Origin: Acidobacteriota bacterium
GTDB lineage: Bacteria; Acidobacteriota; Terriglobia; 2-12-FULL-54-10
Direction: 5' to 3'
Assembly: GCA_016191085.1 (NCBI GenBank)
Contig: JACPPJ010000031.1
Coordinates: 261 to 64,260, forward strand
Length of the DNA stretch: 64,000 nucleotides
The position numbers were made by a program, and so were the translations under genes. Positions 36,560 through 46,203 of this stretch are shown here, one piece after another (positions within the stretch are counted from its first letter, which is position 1; every line of letters begins with the position of its first letter). A model generated the notes under the pieces. The model was not told where the DNA came from. It made no database searches and worked only from the letters and a program-made list of their open reading frames with translations.

Positions 36560-39228
36560 GCGTGACAATCAACGGCATACAATGCAGGTGTCCCGAGGGC
36601 GTCAGCATTCTGGACGCTCTGAACTTGCTGAATATTAAGATGCCGTCGCTCTGCCATGATGACCGGCTGGAACCGTACGGCGGCTGCCGGTTATGTATAG
36701 TGCAGGTGAAGGGACACGATCGCCCCGTGCCTGCGTGCAGCACGCCGCTTGCCGAGGAGATGGAGATCGAAACGCATAGCGCGGAGATCAAAGAGCTCCG
36801 CCGGACGCTGCTGAAGCTGTTGGCGCATTCGTACCCCGCCGAGGCTGTGAAGGCGTTCCCCGATAAACCGTTCCATCGGTATCTGAAGAGCTATGGTGTG
36901 GAGGACGCTTGTGTTCACGGCTATTACCCCACGCTTGCGGACGAATCGCATCCATACATTCGTGTGGATATGTCGCGGTGCATGTATTGCCAGCGCTGCG
37001 TACGCATATGCCGGGAAGTACAAGGACAGTTTGTGTGGCAGGTGTGGGATCGAGCAGACGCCACCAGGATATTGCCCGACTCGGGCACCAATCTCGCCGA
37101 AAGCTCCTGCGTGGCCTGTGGCGCTTGCGCCGATACTTGTCCAACGGGTGCCCTGGAAGACAAGACACTTCTCTTGAGCGGCTCGGCATTGGCGGGCACG
37201 AGCACGACGTGCCCCTATTGCGGCGTGGGATGCGAGATGGAAGTGCGCACGCGCGGCAGCCGCATCGTAGCAATCAAGCCAGTGGTCAGCGCCCCGGTGA
37301 ATCGCGGGCACTTGTGCGTGAAGGGAAGGTACGCCTTTGAATTTGTGCACTCGCCAGACCGGATCACCGAACCGATGATCCGGCGCAACGGCGAATGGAA
37401 GCCTGTATCGTGGGAGTACGCCATTCATACTGTGGCCGAGGCGCTCCGCGAAAGCATCCAGCGCGAAGGTCCTCAAAGTACCGCGATTCTGGCTTCGGCG
37501 CGGGCAACGAATGAGGAGAACTACCTGACTCAGAAATTTGCGCGCGTGGTGCTGGGCACCAACAACGTGGATTGCTGTGCGCGGGTCTGTCACGCTCCAA
37601 CGGCTACCGCGATGAAGGCGATGCTTGGGACAGGCGCGGCTACCAACTCGTTTAATGATATCGAGCGGGCGCGGACGATTCTTGTATGCGGCGCAAACCC
37701 GACCAGCAACCATCCCGTGATCGGCGCGCGCATCAAGCAGGCGGTGCTGAAGGGCACCAGCCTGATCGTCATTGATCCGCGGCGGATCGAACTGGCCGAC
37801 TACGCCGACCATCACCTGCAAGTTCGGCCGGGCACCAACGTTCCGCTCCTGAACGCCATCGCTCACACCATTGTTGAAGAGAGCCTCTTCGACAGAGAAT
37901 TCATGCGGGAGCGTGTCTCGGATTGGGAGAGCTTCGCGCGGTTTATCCAGAACTTCGCGCCGGAAAAAGTGGCGACCGTTTGCGGTGTGAACGCTCAGTG
38001 CATCCGTGAGGCGGCACGCCTATATGCCACGGAAAAGCCCAGCATGATCATCCACGGGCTGGGCGTCACGGAACACACTCAGGGTAGCGAAGGCGTGATG
38101 CTGCTCGTCAATCTCGCTCTGCTTACCGGGAACGTCGGTAAGCGCGGCGGGGGTGTGATGCCGCTGCGCGGCCAGAACAACGTCCAGGGCGCTGCTCACA
38201 TGGGCTGCGATCCCGGGAGCCTTACGGGCGCAGTCGCTTTTGACGACGGCAAAGCCTTGTTTGAAGACGCATGGAGCACGTCGCTTCCTTCAACACCCGG
38301 TCTGAATTTGCTGCAAATGATGGATGCGGCTGCTGAAGGCAAGCTGAAGACGCTGTGGGCCATTGGATTTGACGTATTTCTCACGAACCCGCAGGCGCAC
38401 GCGACGTCCAGGGCGCTCTGGGAAATGGACTGCGTAGTCGTTCAGGATATGTTCCTGAACGAAACGGCGCGCGAATTCGGTTCGGTGTTCCTGCCGGCGG
38501 TATCATCGTTCGAAAAGGACGGTACATTCATGAACGCCGAACGCCGCGTCCAGAGGGTGCGGCAGGTGATTGAACCCCTTGGGCAAGCGAAAGCAGATTG
38601 GGAAATCTTATGCCTGGTGGCGCGCGCTATGGGTAAAGCCAACTTGTTTCCGTATACCAGCGCCGAGCAGATCTGGAATGAGATTCGGACAGTATGGAAG
38701 GCGGGCGCGGGTATCTCCTATGGCCGGCTGGAACAGGGCGGTTTGCAGTGGCCCTGCCCCGATGAAACGCATCCCGGCACAGAGATCCTGCACACCCAAT
38801 GCAGCTCTCCAAAAACGATAGCGCTCCGCGAAGTGCAATATCGTCCCACTCCTGAGAGAGTGGCGAAGGACTTTCCATTTCTGCTGATAACGGGTAGAGC
38901 GGCGTATCAGTTCAATGCCGGGACCATGTCGTCGCGCACACCCAACGTGGAACTCTGGCCAACGGATGTTCTGGAGATGGCGGCAGCCGATGCGCAACGG
39001 CTAGGCGTACGCAGCGGCGAACGGGTTCGCATCCGAAGCCGCTTCGGAGAGGCCGAACTGCCGCTGCAGATCAGCCCTGCCCTTCGCCCTGGCGAGTTGT
39101 TCACCACCTTTCACTCTCCGCAGGTCTTCTTGAACCACGTTACCAGCCCCTACCGCGACACGTTCTCCGACACTCCCGAGTACAAAGTCACTGCCGTCAC
39201 GGTCGAAAAAGTCAGCGATTCCGCATAA
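36553..39228 (+). CDS. fdhA: Formate dehydrogenase alpha subunit (molybdopterin, NuoG-like N-terminus), cysteine type
   Basis: The ATG at 36553 overlaps the upstream stop (ATGCTGA). The N-terminal 2Fe-2S/4Fe-4S cysteine clusters and a molybdopterin oxidoreductase core are present. The active-site segment is CCARVCHAPTA, with TGT at 37588-37590. Confidence 0.9.
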   Translation: MLSVTINGIQCRCPEGVSILDALNLLNIKMPSLCHDDRLEPYGGCRLCIVQVKGHDRPVPACSTPLAEEMEIETHSAEIKELRRTLLKLLAHSYPAEAVKAFPDKPFHRYLKSYGVEDACVHGYYPTLADESHPYIRVDMSRCMYCQRCVRICREVQGQFVWQVWDRADATRILPDSGTNLAESSCVACGACADTCPTGALEDKTLLLSGSALAGTSTTCPYCGVGCEMEVRTRGSRIVAIKPVVSAPVNRGHLCVKGRYAFEFVHSPDRITEPMIRRNGEWKPVSWEYAIHTVAEALRESIQREGPQSTAILASARATNEENYLTQKFARVVLGTNNVDCCARVCHAPTATAMKAMLGTGAATNSFNDIERARTILVCGANPTSNHPVIGARIKQAVLKGTSLIVIDPRRIELADYADHHLQVRPGTNVPLLNAIAHTIVEESLFDREFMRERVSDWESFARFIQNFAPEKVATVCGVNAQCIREAARLYATEKPSMIIHGLGVTEHTQGSEGVMLLVNLALLTGNVGKRGGGVMPLRGQNNVQGAAHMGCDPGSLTGAVAFDDGKALFEDAWSTSLPSTPGLNLLQMMDAAAEGKLKTLWAIGFDVFLTNPQAHATSRALWEMDCVVVQDMFLNETAREFGSVFLPAVSSFEKDGTFMNAERRVQRVRQVIEPLGQAKADWEILCLVARAMGKANLFPYTSAEQIWNEIRTVWKAGAGISYGRLEQGGLQWPCPDETHPGTEILHTQCSSPKTIALREVQYRPTPERVAKDFPFLLITGRAAYQFNAGTMSSRTPNVELWPTDVLEMAAADAQRLGVRSGERVRIRSRFGEAELPLQISPALRPGELFTTFHSPQVFLNHVTSPYRDTFSDTPEYKVTAVTVEKVSDSA

Positions 39229-39407
39229 GCATCCCTACGGGGCTTGGCTTTCACCTTGGAATATTACCCCAGCACTACCGTGCTGGGCCACCCAACACAA
39301 ACGCACAGTAGTCCCGTGAGGAACGGCTGAATCTTTTCTGTTACGGCCTTCCAACACTCTCGATTCTCTGTCTTATGTGATGAGCATCACCGCGCTGCGC
39401 TGTTATT

Positions 39408-40484
39408 ATGAGTTACTCTCAAGCTGTAAGAGTTTGCATCGAGTCCCGGCGTGAAGAGTGGCGGCCCGGATACACACGGAAAGGAGCGATCTCGATGCCT
39501 GCAAGACAGCTCGTGGGAGCAGCCGAACATCAATTGTTGCGCGATCCCCGTCGGCTCGACATACAAACCATCCTATGTCCGGTGGACTTCTCCGACTTCT
39601 CGTTTCGCGCGCTGACCTATGCCGCGTCAATCGGCCGGCATTTCTGCTCGCGGATTTTCGTTCAGCATACGATTGACCTGCCGCCCAAGTCATACCTCGG
39701 AGAGATTGAGCAGGTGGCAACTCGCGAAGTTCTGGAAGCGGAACTCCAACGCGCCAGCGTTCCTCCCCCACAGAAACGGGGCTCTCGCGCCGCAGATTTC
39801 CCGGAAGTTCATTTGCTCGTGAACGGCGGCGACGTGGTGGCACATATTCTCGAAAGCGCTGACAGGTACCATGCGGATTTGCTGGTGATGGGTACTCACG
39901 GGCACAAGGGTTTCAACCGTTTCATCCTTGGATCGGTAACAGAGCGAGTGGTGCGTCAGGCGCGCTGTCCAGTGCTGGTGGTGTCGCGGCCCGAGCGCGG
40001 ATTTGTAGACGAGGAAGAGCCAGAAAAAATCGACCTGAAGACTATTTTGCTCGCGACCGACTTCTCGCCTCATTCGGACCGGTCGCTGGCGTACGCGTTG
40101 AAGTGGGCCTCAGAGTGGCCGGCGAAGCTAGTGCTGTTTCATGCGGTCGAGCAAACTCCCCCGGAGATCCGCGGCCGAGTGGATCTGTTTCCTGAATACA
40201 ATCCATATTTCGAACAGGAGCTTGCGCAAGCCTGGCAGACCATCCAAACGCAGGTTCCGGCGGACCTAGCTGGTAGATGCGAGGTGTACTGCGAGGTGCG
40301 GCACGGCGACGCGCGGCAGCAGATACTGCAAGTGGCGGCGCAGCTACGAGCTAATTTGATTGTTATGGGGTGCCGCGGGGGACGCTACTCAGGCCCCGTT
40401 GCGACGTGGGGATCGACCGTCTCTGCCGTGGTCAGGGACGGCCGGTTTCCGGTGCTCACGGTCAAGCACCTGCGCGAGCGTTAA
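39408..40484 (+). CDS. Tandem universal stress protein (two Usp domains); start possibly the internal ATG at 39495
   Basis: Two Usp-type repeats are present (…LLVMGTHGHKGFNRFILGSVTERVVRQARCPVLVV… and …LIVMGCRGG…VVRDGRFPVLTV). Confidence 0.8.
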   Translation: MSYSQAVRVCIESRREEWRPGYTRKGAISMPARQLVGAAEHQLLRDPRRLDIQTILCPVDFSDFSFRALTYAASIGRHFCSRIFVQHTIDLPPKSYLGEIEQVATREVLEAELQRASVPPPQKRGSRAADFPEVHLLVNGGDVVAHILESADRYHADLLVMGTHGHKGFNRFILGSVTERVVRQARCPVLVVSRPERGFVDEEEPEKIDLKTILLATDFSPHSDRSLAYALKWASEWPAKLVLFHAVEQTPPEIRGRVDLFPEYNPYFEQELAQAWQTIQTQVPADLAGRCEVYCEVRHGDARQQILQVAAQLRANLIVMGCRGGRYSGPVATWGSTVSAVVRDGRFPVLTVKHLRER

Positions 40485-40535
40485 TACTTATGGGTCTGGC
40501 TGGCAGTCGCGCGCGAAACGCCATAGAATTGGCCA

Positions 40536-41531
40536 ATGAAGGCTTGCCTGCTCTCTGCAGTATCGAGGATCGAAATGAATCCTCTGCAGTTTACCGACGT
40601 ACCGAATCCTCAGCCGGCTCAGGATCAGGTGTTAGTGAAAGTGAAAGCGTGCGGTGTCTGCCGTAGCGATCTGCACGTGATCGAGGGCGAATTGCCACAG
40701 AGAAAGATGCCTGTGATTCCCGGCCATCAAGTCGTGGGTATAGTGGAACGCTCGGGGTCACGGGCCAGCCGCTTCCAACCCGGTGCGCGCGTCGGCATTC
40801 CCTGGCTGCACCGCACCTGCGGAACGTGCCAGTATTGCCGCGCTGGCAAAGAAAATCTGTGCGATAATCCCGAGTTTACCGGTTATGTCGTGGACGGCGG
40901 GTACGCTGAATACACCGTCGCGCCAGAGGCGTTTGTTTATCCTCTTCCTGACAGCTTCCCCGACGAGCAAACCGCCCCTCTTCTTTGCGCCGGCATCATC
41001 GGCTTCCGCTCACTGCGCCTGTCGGGAATCGAGCGCGGCGGGAAGTTGGGCATTTACGGCTTCGGTGCGGCGGCGCACGTCGTCATTCAGATTGCGCGCT
41101 ATTGGGATATCGAAGTCTACGCTTGCACACGGGACGAGCGGCATCAGCGCCTCGCTATGGAACTGGGAGCGGCGTGGGCCGGCGGCGCGCTGGACCAGCC
41201 GCCGGTGAAGCTCGATAGCGCTATAATCTTCGCACCCGCCGGGGAGATCGTACCAGCAGCGCTGAGCGCTTTGAAGAAGGGTGGCACGCTTGCGCTCGGC
41301 GGCATCCATATGAGTCCCACACCTCCACTCGCATATGATCTGTTGTATTACGAGCGCGTGGTTCGCAGCGTCGCTAACAACACGCGGCAGGACGGCGATG
41401 ATTTGTTGCGGTTGGCCGCACAGATCCCCATCAAGACGCAAATCGAGCTTTTCCCGCTGGCAGAAGCAAACCGCGCGCTGAATTCGCTGAAGAACGACGC
41501 AATTCGTGGGGCGGCGGTACTGCAGGTTTAA
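40536..41531 (+). CDS. Zinc-dependent alcohol dehydrogenase
   Basis: [12 protein letters not shown]…PGHQVVG, the structural zinc cysteines [15 protein letters not shown] and a GxGxxG fold. Confidence 0.9.
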   Translation: MKACLLSAVSRIEMNPLQFTDVPNPQPAQDQVLVKVKACGVCRSDLHVIEGELPQRKMPVIPGHQVVGIVERSGSRASRFQPGARVGIPWLHRTCGTCQYCRAGKENLCDNPEFTGYVVDGGYAEYTVAPEAFVYPLPDSFPDEQTAPLLCAGIIGFRSLRLSGIERGGKLGIYGFGAAAHVVIQIARYWDIEVYACTRDERHQRLAMELGAAWAGGALDQPPVKLDSAIIFAPAGEIVPAALSALKKGGTLALGGIHMSPTPPLAYDLLYYERVVRSVANNTRQDGDDLLRLAAQIPIKTQIELFPLAEANRALNSLKNDAIRGAAVLQV

Positions 41532-41554
41532 TCCACCTTACCCCTATTCAGGAG

Positions 41555-42433
41555 GTGAACATGCTACCGATTTCCCGAATACTGGCGCCGGTGGACTTCT
41601 CCGACCGCTGTCTGCGGATGATGCCCTACGTCCGCTCCTTGGCTCAGACCTACAATGCGGAACTGATCCTCCTGCACGTCGTGAATCCTTTCTATGGAAT
41701 TCCGCCGACCGGAATCTCCGGACCTGCCATGATCCCGATTTCCCCAACGATCTTACAGGACAAGGCCAAGGAACTGGATGCATTTGCAGTGTCGGAGCTT
41801 CAGGGGCTTCCAGTGCGCCGGTTCGTTTACGAGGGCGATACGACCGCTCAGATCGTGGAGTTTGCTCGCGCCGAACGGGTGGGCTTGCTCGCCATGCCCA
41901 CGCATGGCTACGGCGTGCTGCGCCGCTTCCTGATTGATTCGGTGACTGCCAAGGTATTACACGATGTCTCTTGCCCTGTTTTGACGGGAGTACATCTCGA
42001 GAATCATTCGCCCGGCAGAGAAGGGATCTTCAAAAATATCCTATGCGCGGTAGACCTGGGACCGCAGAGCCAGGAAGCGTTGTCCTGGGCTGCACAACTC
42101 GCCTCCGACTTCGGCGCCAAGCTGGGTATTGTTCATGCTATGAGCGCGCTAAATCCCGGAGTAACGCTTCTGCTCTCGCCCGAATTTGAGTTGCAGATGG
42201 CAAAGCCTGTGCGCGCCGAGCTGCAGAAATTGCAAGTCGCCGCAGGAGCGGAGAAAGCGCCAATCTATATAGAAGAAGGCGATGCGCCCAAAACCGTTGC
42301 GACCGTAGCCAAAGGGATCGGCGCAGACCTGCTGGTTATCGGGCGCGGCACCAGGGAGGATGACACCGGACGTTTGCGTACGAACGCATATGCTATCATC
42401 CGGCAGTCGCCCTGTCCGGTGATCAGTATCTGA
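41555..42433 (+). CDS. Tandem universal stress protein
   Basis: ILAPVDFSDRC… and ILCAVDLGPQS… are two Usp halves. A …LLVIGRG… segment is present, and the protein ends …QSPCPVISI. Confidence 0.8.
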   Translation: MNMLPISRILAPVDFSDRCLRMMPYVRSLAQTYNAELILLHVVNPFYGIPPTGISGPAMIPISPTILQDKAKELDAFAVSELQGLPVRRFVYEGDTTAQIVEFARAERVGLLAMPTHGYGVLRRFLIDSVTAKVLHDVSCPVLTGVHLENHSPGREGIFKNILCAVDLGPQSQEALSWAAQLASDFGAKLGIVHAMSALNPGVTLLLSPEFELQMAKPVRAELQKLQVAAGAEKAPIYIEEGDAPKTVATVAKGIGADLLVIGRGTREDDTGRLRTNAYAIIRQSPCPVISI

Positions 42434-42514
42434 AGGCAGCATTCAGCGGTCAGCTATCAGCCAACTGCTGATGCAGCTCCACAAAGACGCGCCGGAGGCA
42501 CGGCACCACATGTC

Positions 42515-42955
42515 ATGAACCTGCCCGAGCGTAATCGGCCCGACTGCAAATTCTGCAAGATTCTCTCCGGTGAGCTTGCGGCCGCGATTGTGTTCGAAGA
42601 CAGCCAGTCCGTCGCTTTCCTGGACCATCGGCCTTTATTTCCGGGACACTGTCTGCTGATTCCGAAGAAACATTATGAGACGTTGTTCGACCTGCCATCC
42701 GATCAGGTGCGCGAGTTCTTCACAGAGGTGCAGAAGATTGCGATTGCTGTGGAGCAGGCGTTAAATGCCGAAGGGACATTTGTGGCCATCAACAATCGGG
42801 TGAGCCAGAGCGTGCCCCACCTGCACGTGCACATCGTGCCCCGGCGCAAGGGCGACGGTCTGAAAGGATTCTTCTGGCCGCGGCGTCAGTACCACGATGC
42901 CGCCGAAATGGCTCGCGTTCAAGCGGCGATCCGGACAGCGTTGGGGCAGGCGTAG
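42515..42955 (+). CDS. HIT-family (histidine triad) nucleotide hydrolase/transferase
   Basis: CKFCKI…, the HLHVHIVPR histidine triad, 146 aa. Confidence 0.9.
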   Translation: MNLPERNRPDCKFCKILSGELAAAIVFEDSQSVAFLDHRPLFPGHCLLIPKKHYETLFDLPSDQVREFFTEVQKIAIAVEQALNAEGTFVAINNRVSQSVPHLHVHIVPRRKGDGLKGFFWPRRQYHDAAEMARVQAAIRTALGQA

Positions 42956-42995
42956 CCACGGCGCGAGCGTTCGTGCCGTGGCTACGCAATTGCGT

Positions 42996-43862
42996 CTACC
43001 CCAGGTGCTTCTTCAGGAACGCAAGGGAGCGAGCCCAGGCGTCTTTAGCTGCGGCTTCGTTGTAGCGCTCCTTGTTGGTGTCGTTGAAGAAGGCATGCTG
43101 CGCTCCGTCGTAAATCTTCGCATCGTAGCTCTTCCCCAAGCTCTTCATTTTCTCGGTTGTGGCGGGGACGGTCGAAGTGACGCGCGCATCCTCACTGCCG
43201 TAGTTGCCTAGCACGGGAGCCTTTATGTTGGCCAGCTTTTCTTCAGACGGCGGCGAGCCGTAGAAGACCACAGCGGCCTTCAGCTTCGGGTTTGCCGTGG
43301 CGTAAAGGAAGCTGCGCTGGCCTCCCCAGCAGAAGCCCCATACCGCGCAGTCGTCTTTCTTCACCGCGGAATTGGACTGCAGGTACTTATATGCTGCATC
43401 GAGGTCTTTGATTACGACCTCGTCTGTCACCTTGCTGAAGGCCTTCGTGGCGTCTTCAGAAGTGGCGAAGGAAGCCGTGCCGCCCTCCCGCGAGAGAAAA
43501 TCGGGTACCAGGGTGGCGTAACCTTGCGCCGCGAGGCGGCGAGCCACGTCGCGGATGTGGTCGTTCAAGCCCCTGTTCTCGTGGATCAAAATCACGGACG
43601 GGAATGGCCCATTTCCCTTTGGCTTGCTGAAATACCCCTCGATAGTTGCGCCGTCGGATGGAAATTTGACCGTGGAAGAATCCACGTCCGCTTGGTCCGA
43701 TTCGGCAGGCGACAACAACGTCATCGCCAGCCCGGTCTGCTCCAGGAAATGATGGGCCAGCGGGTATGTTCCCAACACCGCGATCAAGCGTTCGAAGAAG
43801 ACGCGGCGATTGATCTTTCCGGTGCGGTATTCACTCACAATAGGTCCAATGCGCGAGTCCAT
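42996..43862 (-). CDS. Dienelactone hydrolase family protein (Tat-signal-like N-terminus)
   Basis: ILIHENRGLNDHIRDVARRLAAQGYATLVPD and WGFCWGG (nucleophile elbow) motifs. The N-terminus carries an RRVFFERL motif. Confidence 0.85.
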   Translation of the reverse strand: MDSRIGPIVSEYRTGKINRRVFFERLIAVLGTYPLAHHFLEQTGLAMTLLSPAESDQADVDSSTVKFPSDGATIEGYFSKPKGNGPFPSVILIHENRGLNDHIRDVARRLAAQGYATLVPDFLSREGGTASFATSEDATKAFSKVTDEVVIKDLDAAYKYLQSNSAVKKDDCAVWGFCWGGQRSFLYATANPKLKAAVVFYGSPPSEEKLANIKAPVLGNYGSEDARVTSTVPATTEKMKSLGKSYDAKIYDGAQHAFFNDTNKERYNEAAAKDAWARSLAFLKKHLG

Positions 43863-43943
43863 AGGTATCAGCTCCTCTGTCTTCCAATAGTGAGTAGCCC
43901 CGGGTAGGCCGGGGGAAGGTTGACGCTGTGCGTCAGATCAACA

Positions 43944-44501
43944 CTACTTCGCCGGTTGTGCCGCGGGCTGCGCCGCTCGGGCAGCCGTTCTGGGCGGCAC
44001 CATACCATTAAGGCGCACGTACACCACTAGATTTCCGTAGTGGTCCATATTGTCGGTCAGGTTGTAGAGCGCCGCGGTCCAACGGGGCACTTGCTGGCCG
44101 CGAATGGTGATCATCTCGGTGGCCTTCTGGTCCGTGAGCGCAGAGAGCGCTTTAGCACCGTAGTCGTAGCTGTCCTTAAGCGTCTTGATGATCTCATCCC
44201 TGTTCGTTAGAGCTTCCAGCTTCGCACGGTCGGGCGCCTTGTCGTCGGCCACCATGCTCATGTAGTAGAAATTCTCGCTGATCAGGTGCGTAAATTGCTC
44301 GCGAAACGACCGGACCTCAGGTGTGGGTTTATAGCCCCATTTGGATTCCGGAACGGCTTCCACCATGCCTACCACTAGCCCACGGGTGATCTCCCACTGC
44401 GCTTTTAAAGGTCCTGCGATGATATCCGCAGCGCGAAGTTGGCTGACCGCCAGCGCCATGCCTACGGCTAAGAACAACGAATACAGCACGACCCGTTTCA
44501 T
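43944..44501 (-). CDS. DinB-family protein (secreted)
   Basis: The internal ATG at 44501 gives the signal peptide MKRVVLYSLFLAVGMALAVSQLRA. The protein has a DinB_2-like four-helix pattern ending …NMDHYGNLVVYVRLNGMVPP. Confidence 0.75.
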   Translation of the reverse strand: MKRVVLYSLFLAVGMALAVSQLRAADIIAGPLKAQWEITRGLVVGMVEAVPESKWGYKPTPEVRSFREQFTHLISENFYYMSMVADDKAPDRAKLEALTNRDEIIKTLKDSYDYGAKALSALTDQKATEMITIRGQQVPRWTAALYNLTDNMDHYGNLVVYVRLNGMVPPRTAARAAQPAAQPAK

Positions 44502-44638
44502 TAGTGGTCCTCCTCTAGACTTCCGCCAAACGTCCCCGGACCAATCGATTTTGCCACGAATCCGCTCCCGCCAGGAGCATAATGCGCGCGCACTCAAGTC
44601 GCGGTACAGATTGCGTAGCCGCCCAGCCGAGGCTATCG

Positions 44639-44980
44639 TTACAAATTCTTCATCCGGTTTTGGATCTTCTTGGCGAGCTTCTCGATCTCCTCCGCCTTTT
44701 TCACTCCAGAGAGCGAGAGAACATCTTCATCATCGGTGATGGTAACCTGCTCCTCCAGCTCCGAGGCCAAATCGGAAAGGCGCTGCACGTCTTTTTGTAA
44801 CTGCTCGTAGCTTGCCTTGAGCATTTTCCGGTTGAGGCTGCGGCTGGGAGAAGGCGTGATATCGTCCGTGACGCTAGGCGGCCGGATCCCTCCCATGCGC
44901 CTCTGCTGTGGCCATGCCACAGTTGCCGTCAGTACCGCAATCAAAACAATAGCGGGCCGCAAAACGCTTTTGCCGTTCAT
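44639..44980 (-). CDS. Small secreted hypothetical protein
   Basis: The internal ATG at 44980 gives a signal-like N-terminus, MNGKSVLRPAIVLIAVLTATVAWP. The C-terminal half is helical and charged. No family recognised. Confidence 0.4.
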   Translation of the reverse strand: MNGKSVLRPAIVLIAVLTATVAWPQQRRMGGIRPPSVTDDITPSPSRSLNRKMLKASYEQLQKDVQRLSDLASELEEQVTITDDEDVLSLSGVKKAEEIEKLAKKIQNRMKNL

Positions 44981-45058
44981 GCATCCCCCTGGCTGACTAG
45001 ATTCGCTGCCTGAAGTTCCTTCTATCATACCTAAGGATGCATGCGGAGTCACGATGAA

Positions 45059-45274
45059 GTAGCGCCGAGTGCTGGGTCAGTTTGAATTTCGGCGCTTCTG
45101 ATCCGTGAAATCCGGAAGGGCAAGGCTTCAGCCATGCCGAAACGGAATGCACCGACGCGGCTTTAGCCGCTGAGGTTTGCACCTCAGGCGCTCAAGCGCC
45201 TCGCTTTGCTAATTGTACCGGCACGACTGAAGTCGTGCCCTTCCGTTTTCAAACTGACCCACTACCTAGCGCCG
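45059..45274. repeat. Multi-hairpin REP/MITE-like element, full copy
   Basis: The termini are inverted (GGGTCAGTTTGAA at 45075-45087 vs TTCAAACTGACCC at 45248-45260). The interior is made of short hairpins (gcggct-tt-agccgc, acctcag…, gcgct-ca-agcgc, ggcacgact-gaa-agtcgtgcc). The right half recurs, inverted, at 58215-58335. Confidence 0.6.
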
Positions 45275-45466
45275 CCGCCCTGGCGGCTTGTAGCGGCAGC
45301 AAAACTGGCTCGTTGGAACGGCGGACTGGCGAAAGGGAACGACTTCGGTCGGCCCGTAAATCACGCAATAACAATTCCGACTCTAGCCGCTTCGTTCAGC
45401 CATAGCAGGTTCTCACACATACTCTGAAGCCATGCCCTTACGGTTCCAGCTCCAGAAATCCTGTCG

Positions 45467-46201
45467 CTACTCGCGGAAGAAGAATTGCATCTTAATGCCG
45501 GACACTTCGATGGTATCTCCCTCGTGCAGGTCGTGCGGTGCGGTCAAGGTCTGCGCGTTGATTTTGGCTGCTCCTGCCTTGTCCGAAGGCGAGATGGTGT
45601 ACTTGCCTTCATGGCGGTTGATAATTGCGGCGACTTTCGGCGCGAACCAACCCTTCAGCTTTACGGTCGCCATATCCGACTTTCCTATGACGCAGAGCTT
45701 GCCTGTGAGGATGTATTCGTTCTGATCCGTTTTCCCATCCAGGACGGTCAGCGTGCCGATCTTCTCCTGCACCGACTGTGATACGCCCTCGGTTGCAATG
45801 CTGGTTGCCTTCGCAAGAAATTCCCGGCGCTTCTTAGTATCCAGCACGACTGTTGCATCCATTTGTTTGATCGGCTGGGTGCGATCCATCGTGGAGTCGG
45901 CCTTCGGAATGGCGCCCTCGCCACGAAAGATGAGCGTGTGCTTACCGATTAGAATTTCGTCGCCGTCGGAGAGCTGGCTTTTGCGGATGCGTTGGCCATT
46001 CAGGAACGTGCCGTTGAGGCTGTTCATATCCTCCACCAGGAAATGATCTTCCTCGAGCACCAGACGCGCATGCAGCCCGGATACGGCGAGGTTATCAATG
46101 ACGAGATCGTTTCCGGGCGTCCGCCCGATGGTCATAGTCGCTTTCTGCAGAGGGATTTCTTTCAAAACTGCAGCCTCATACTTGAGAATCACTTTGGCCA
46201 T
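45467..46201 (-). CDS. FHA-domain protein
   Basis: The ATG at 46201 sits just after the PP2C stop. The FHA core is TIGRTPGNDLVIDNLAVSGLHARLVLEEDHFLVEDMNSLNGTFLNGQRI. A second, degenerate FHA-like half is at the C-terminus. Confidence 0.85.
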   Translation of the reverse strand: MAKVILKYEAAVLKEIPLQKATMTIGRTPGNDLVIDNLAVSGLHARLVLEEDHFLVEDMNSLNGTFLNGQRIRKSQLSDGDEILIGKHTLIFRGEGAIPKADSTMDRTQPIKQMDATVVLDTKKRREFLAKATSIATEGVSQSVQEKIGTLTVLDGKTDQNEYILTGKLCVIGKSDMATVKLKGWFAPKVAAIINRHEGKYTISPSDKAGAAKINAQTLTAPHDLHEGDTIEVSGIKMQFFFRE

Positions 46202-46203
46202 GC

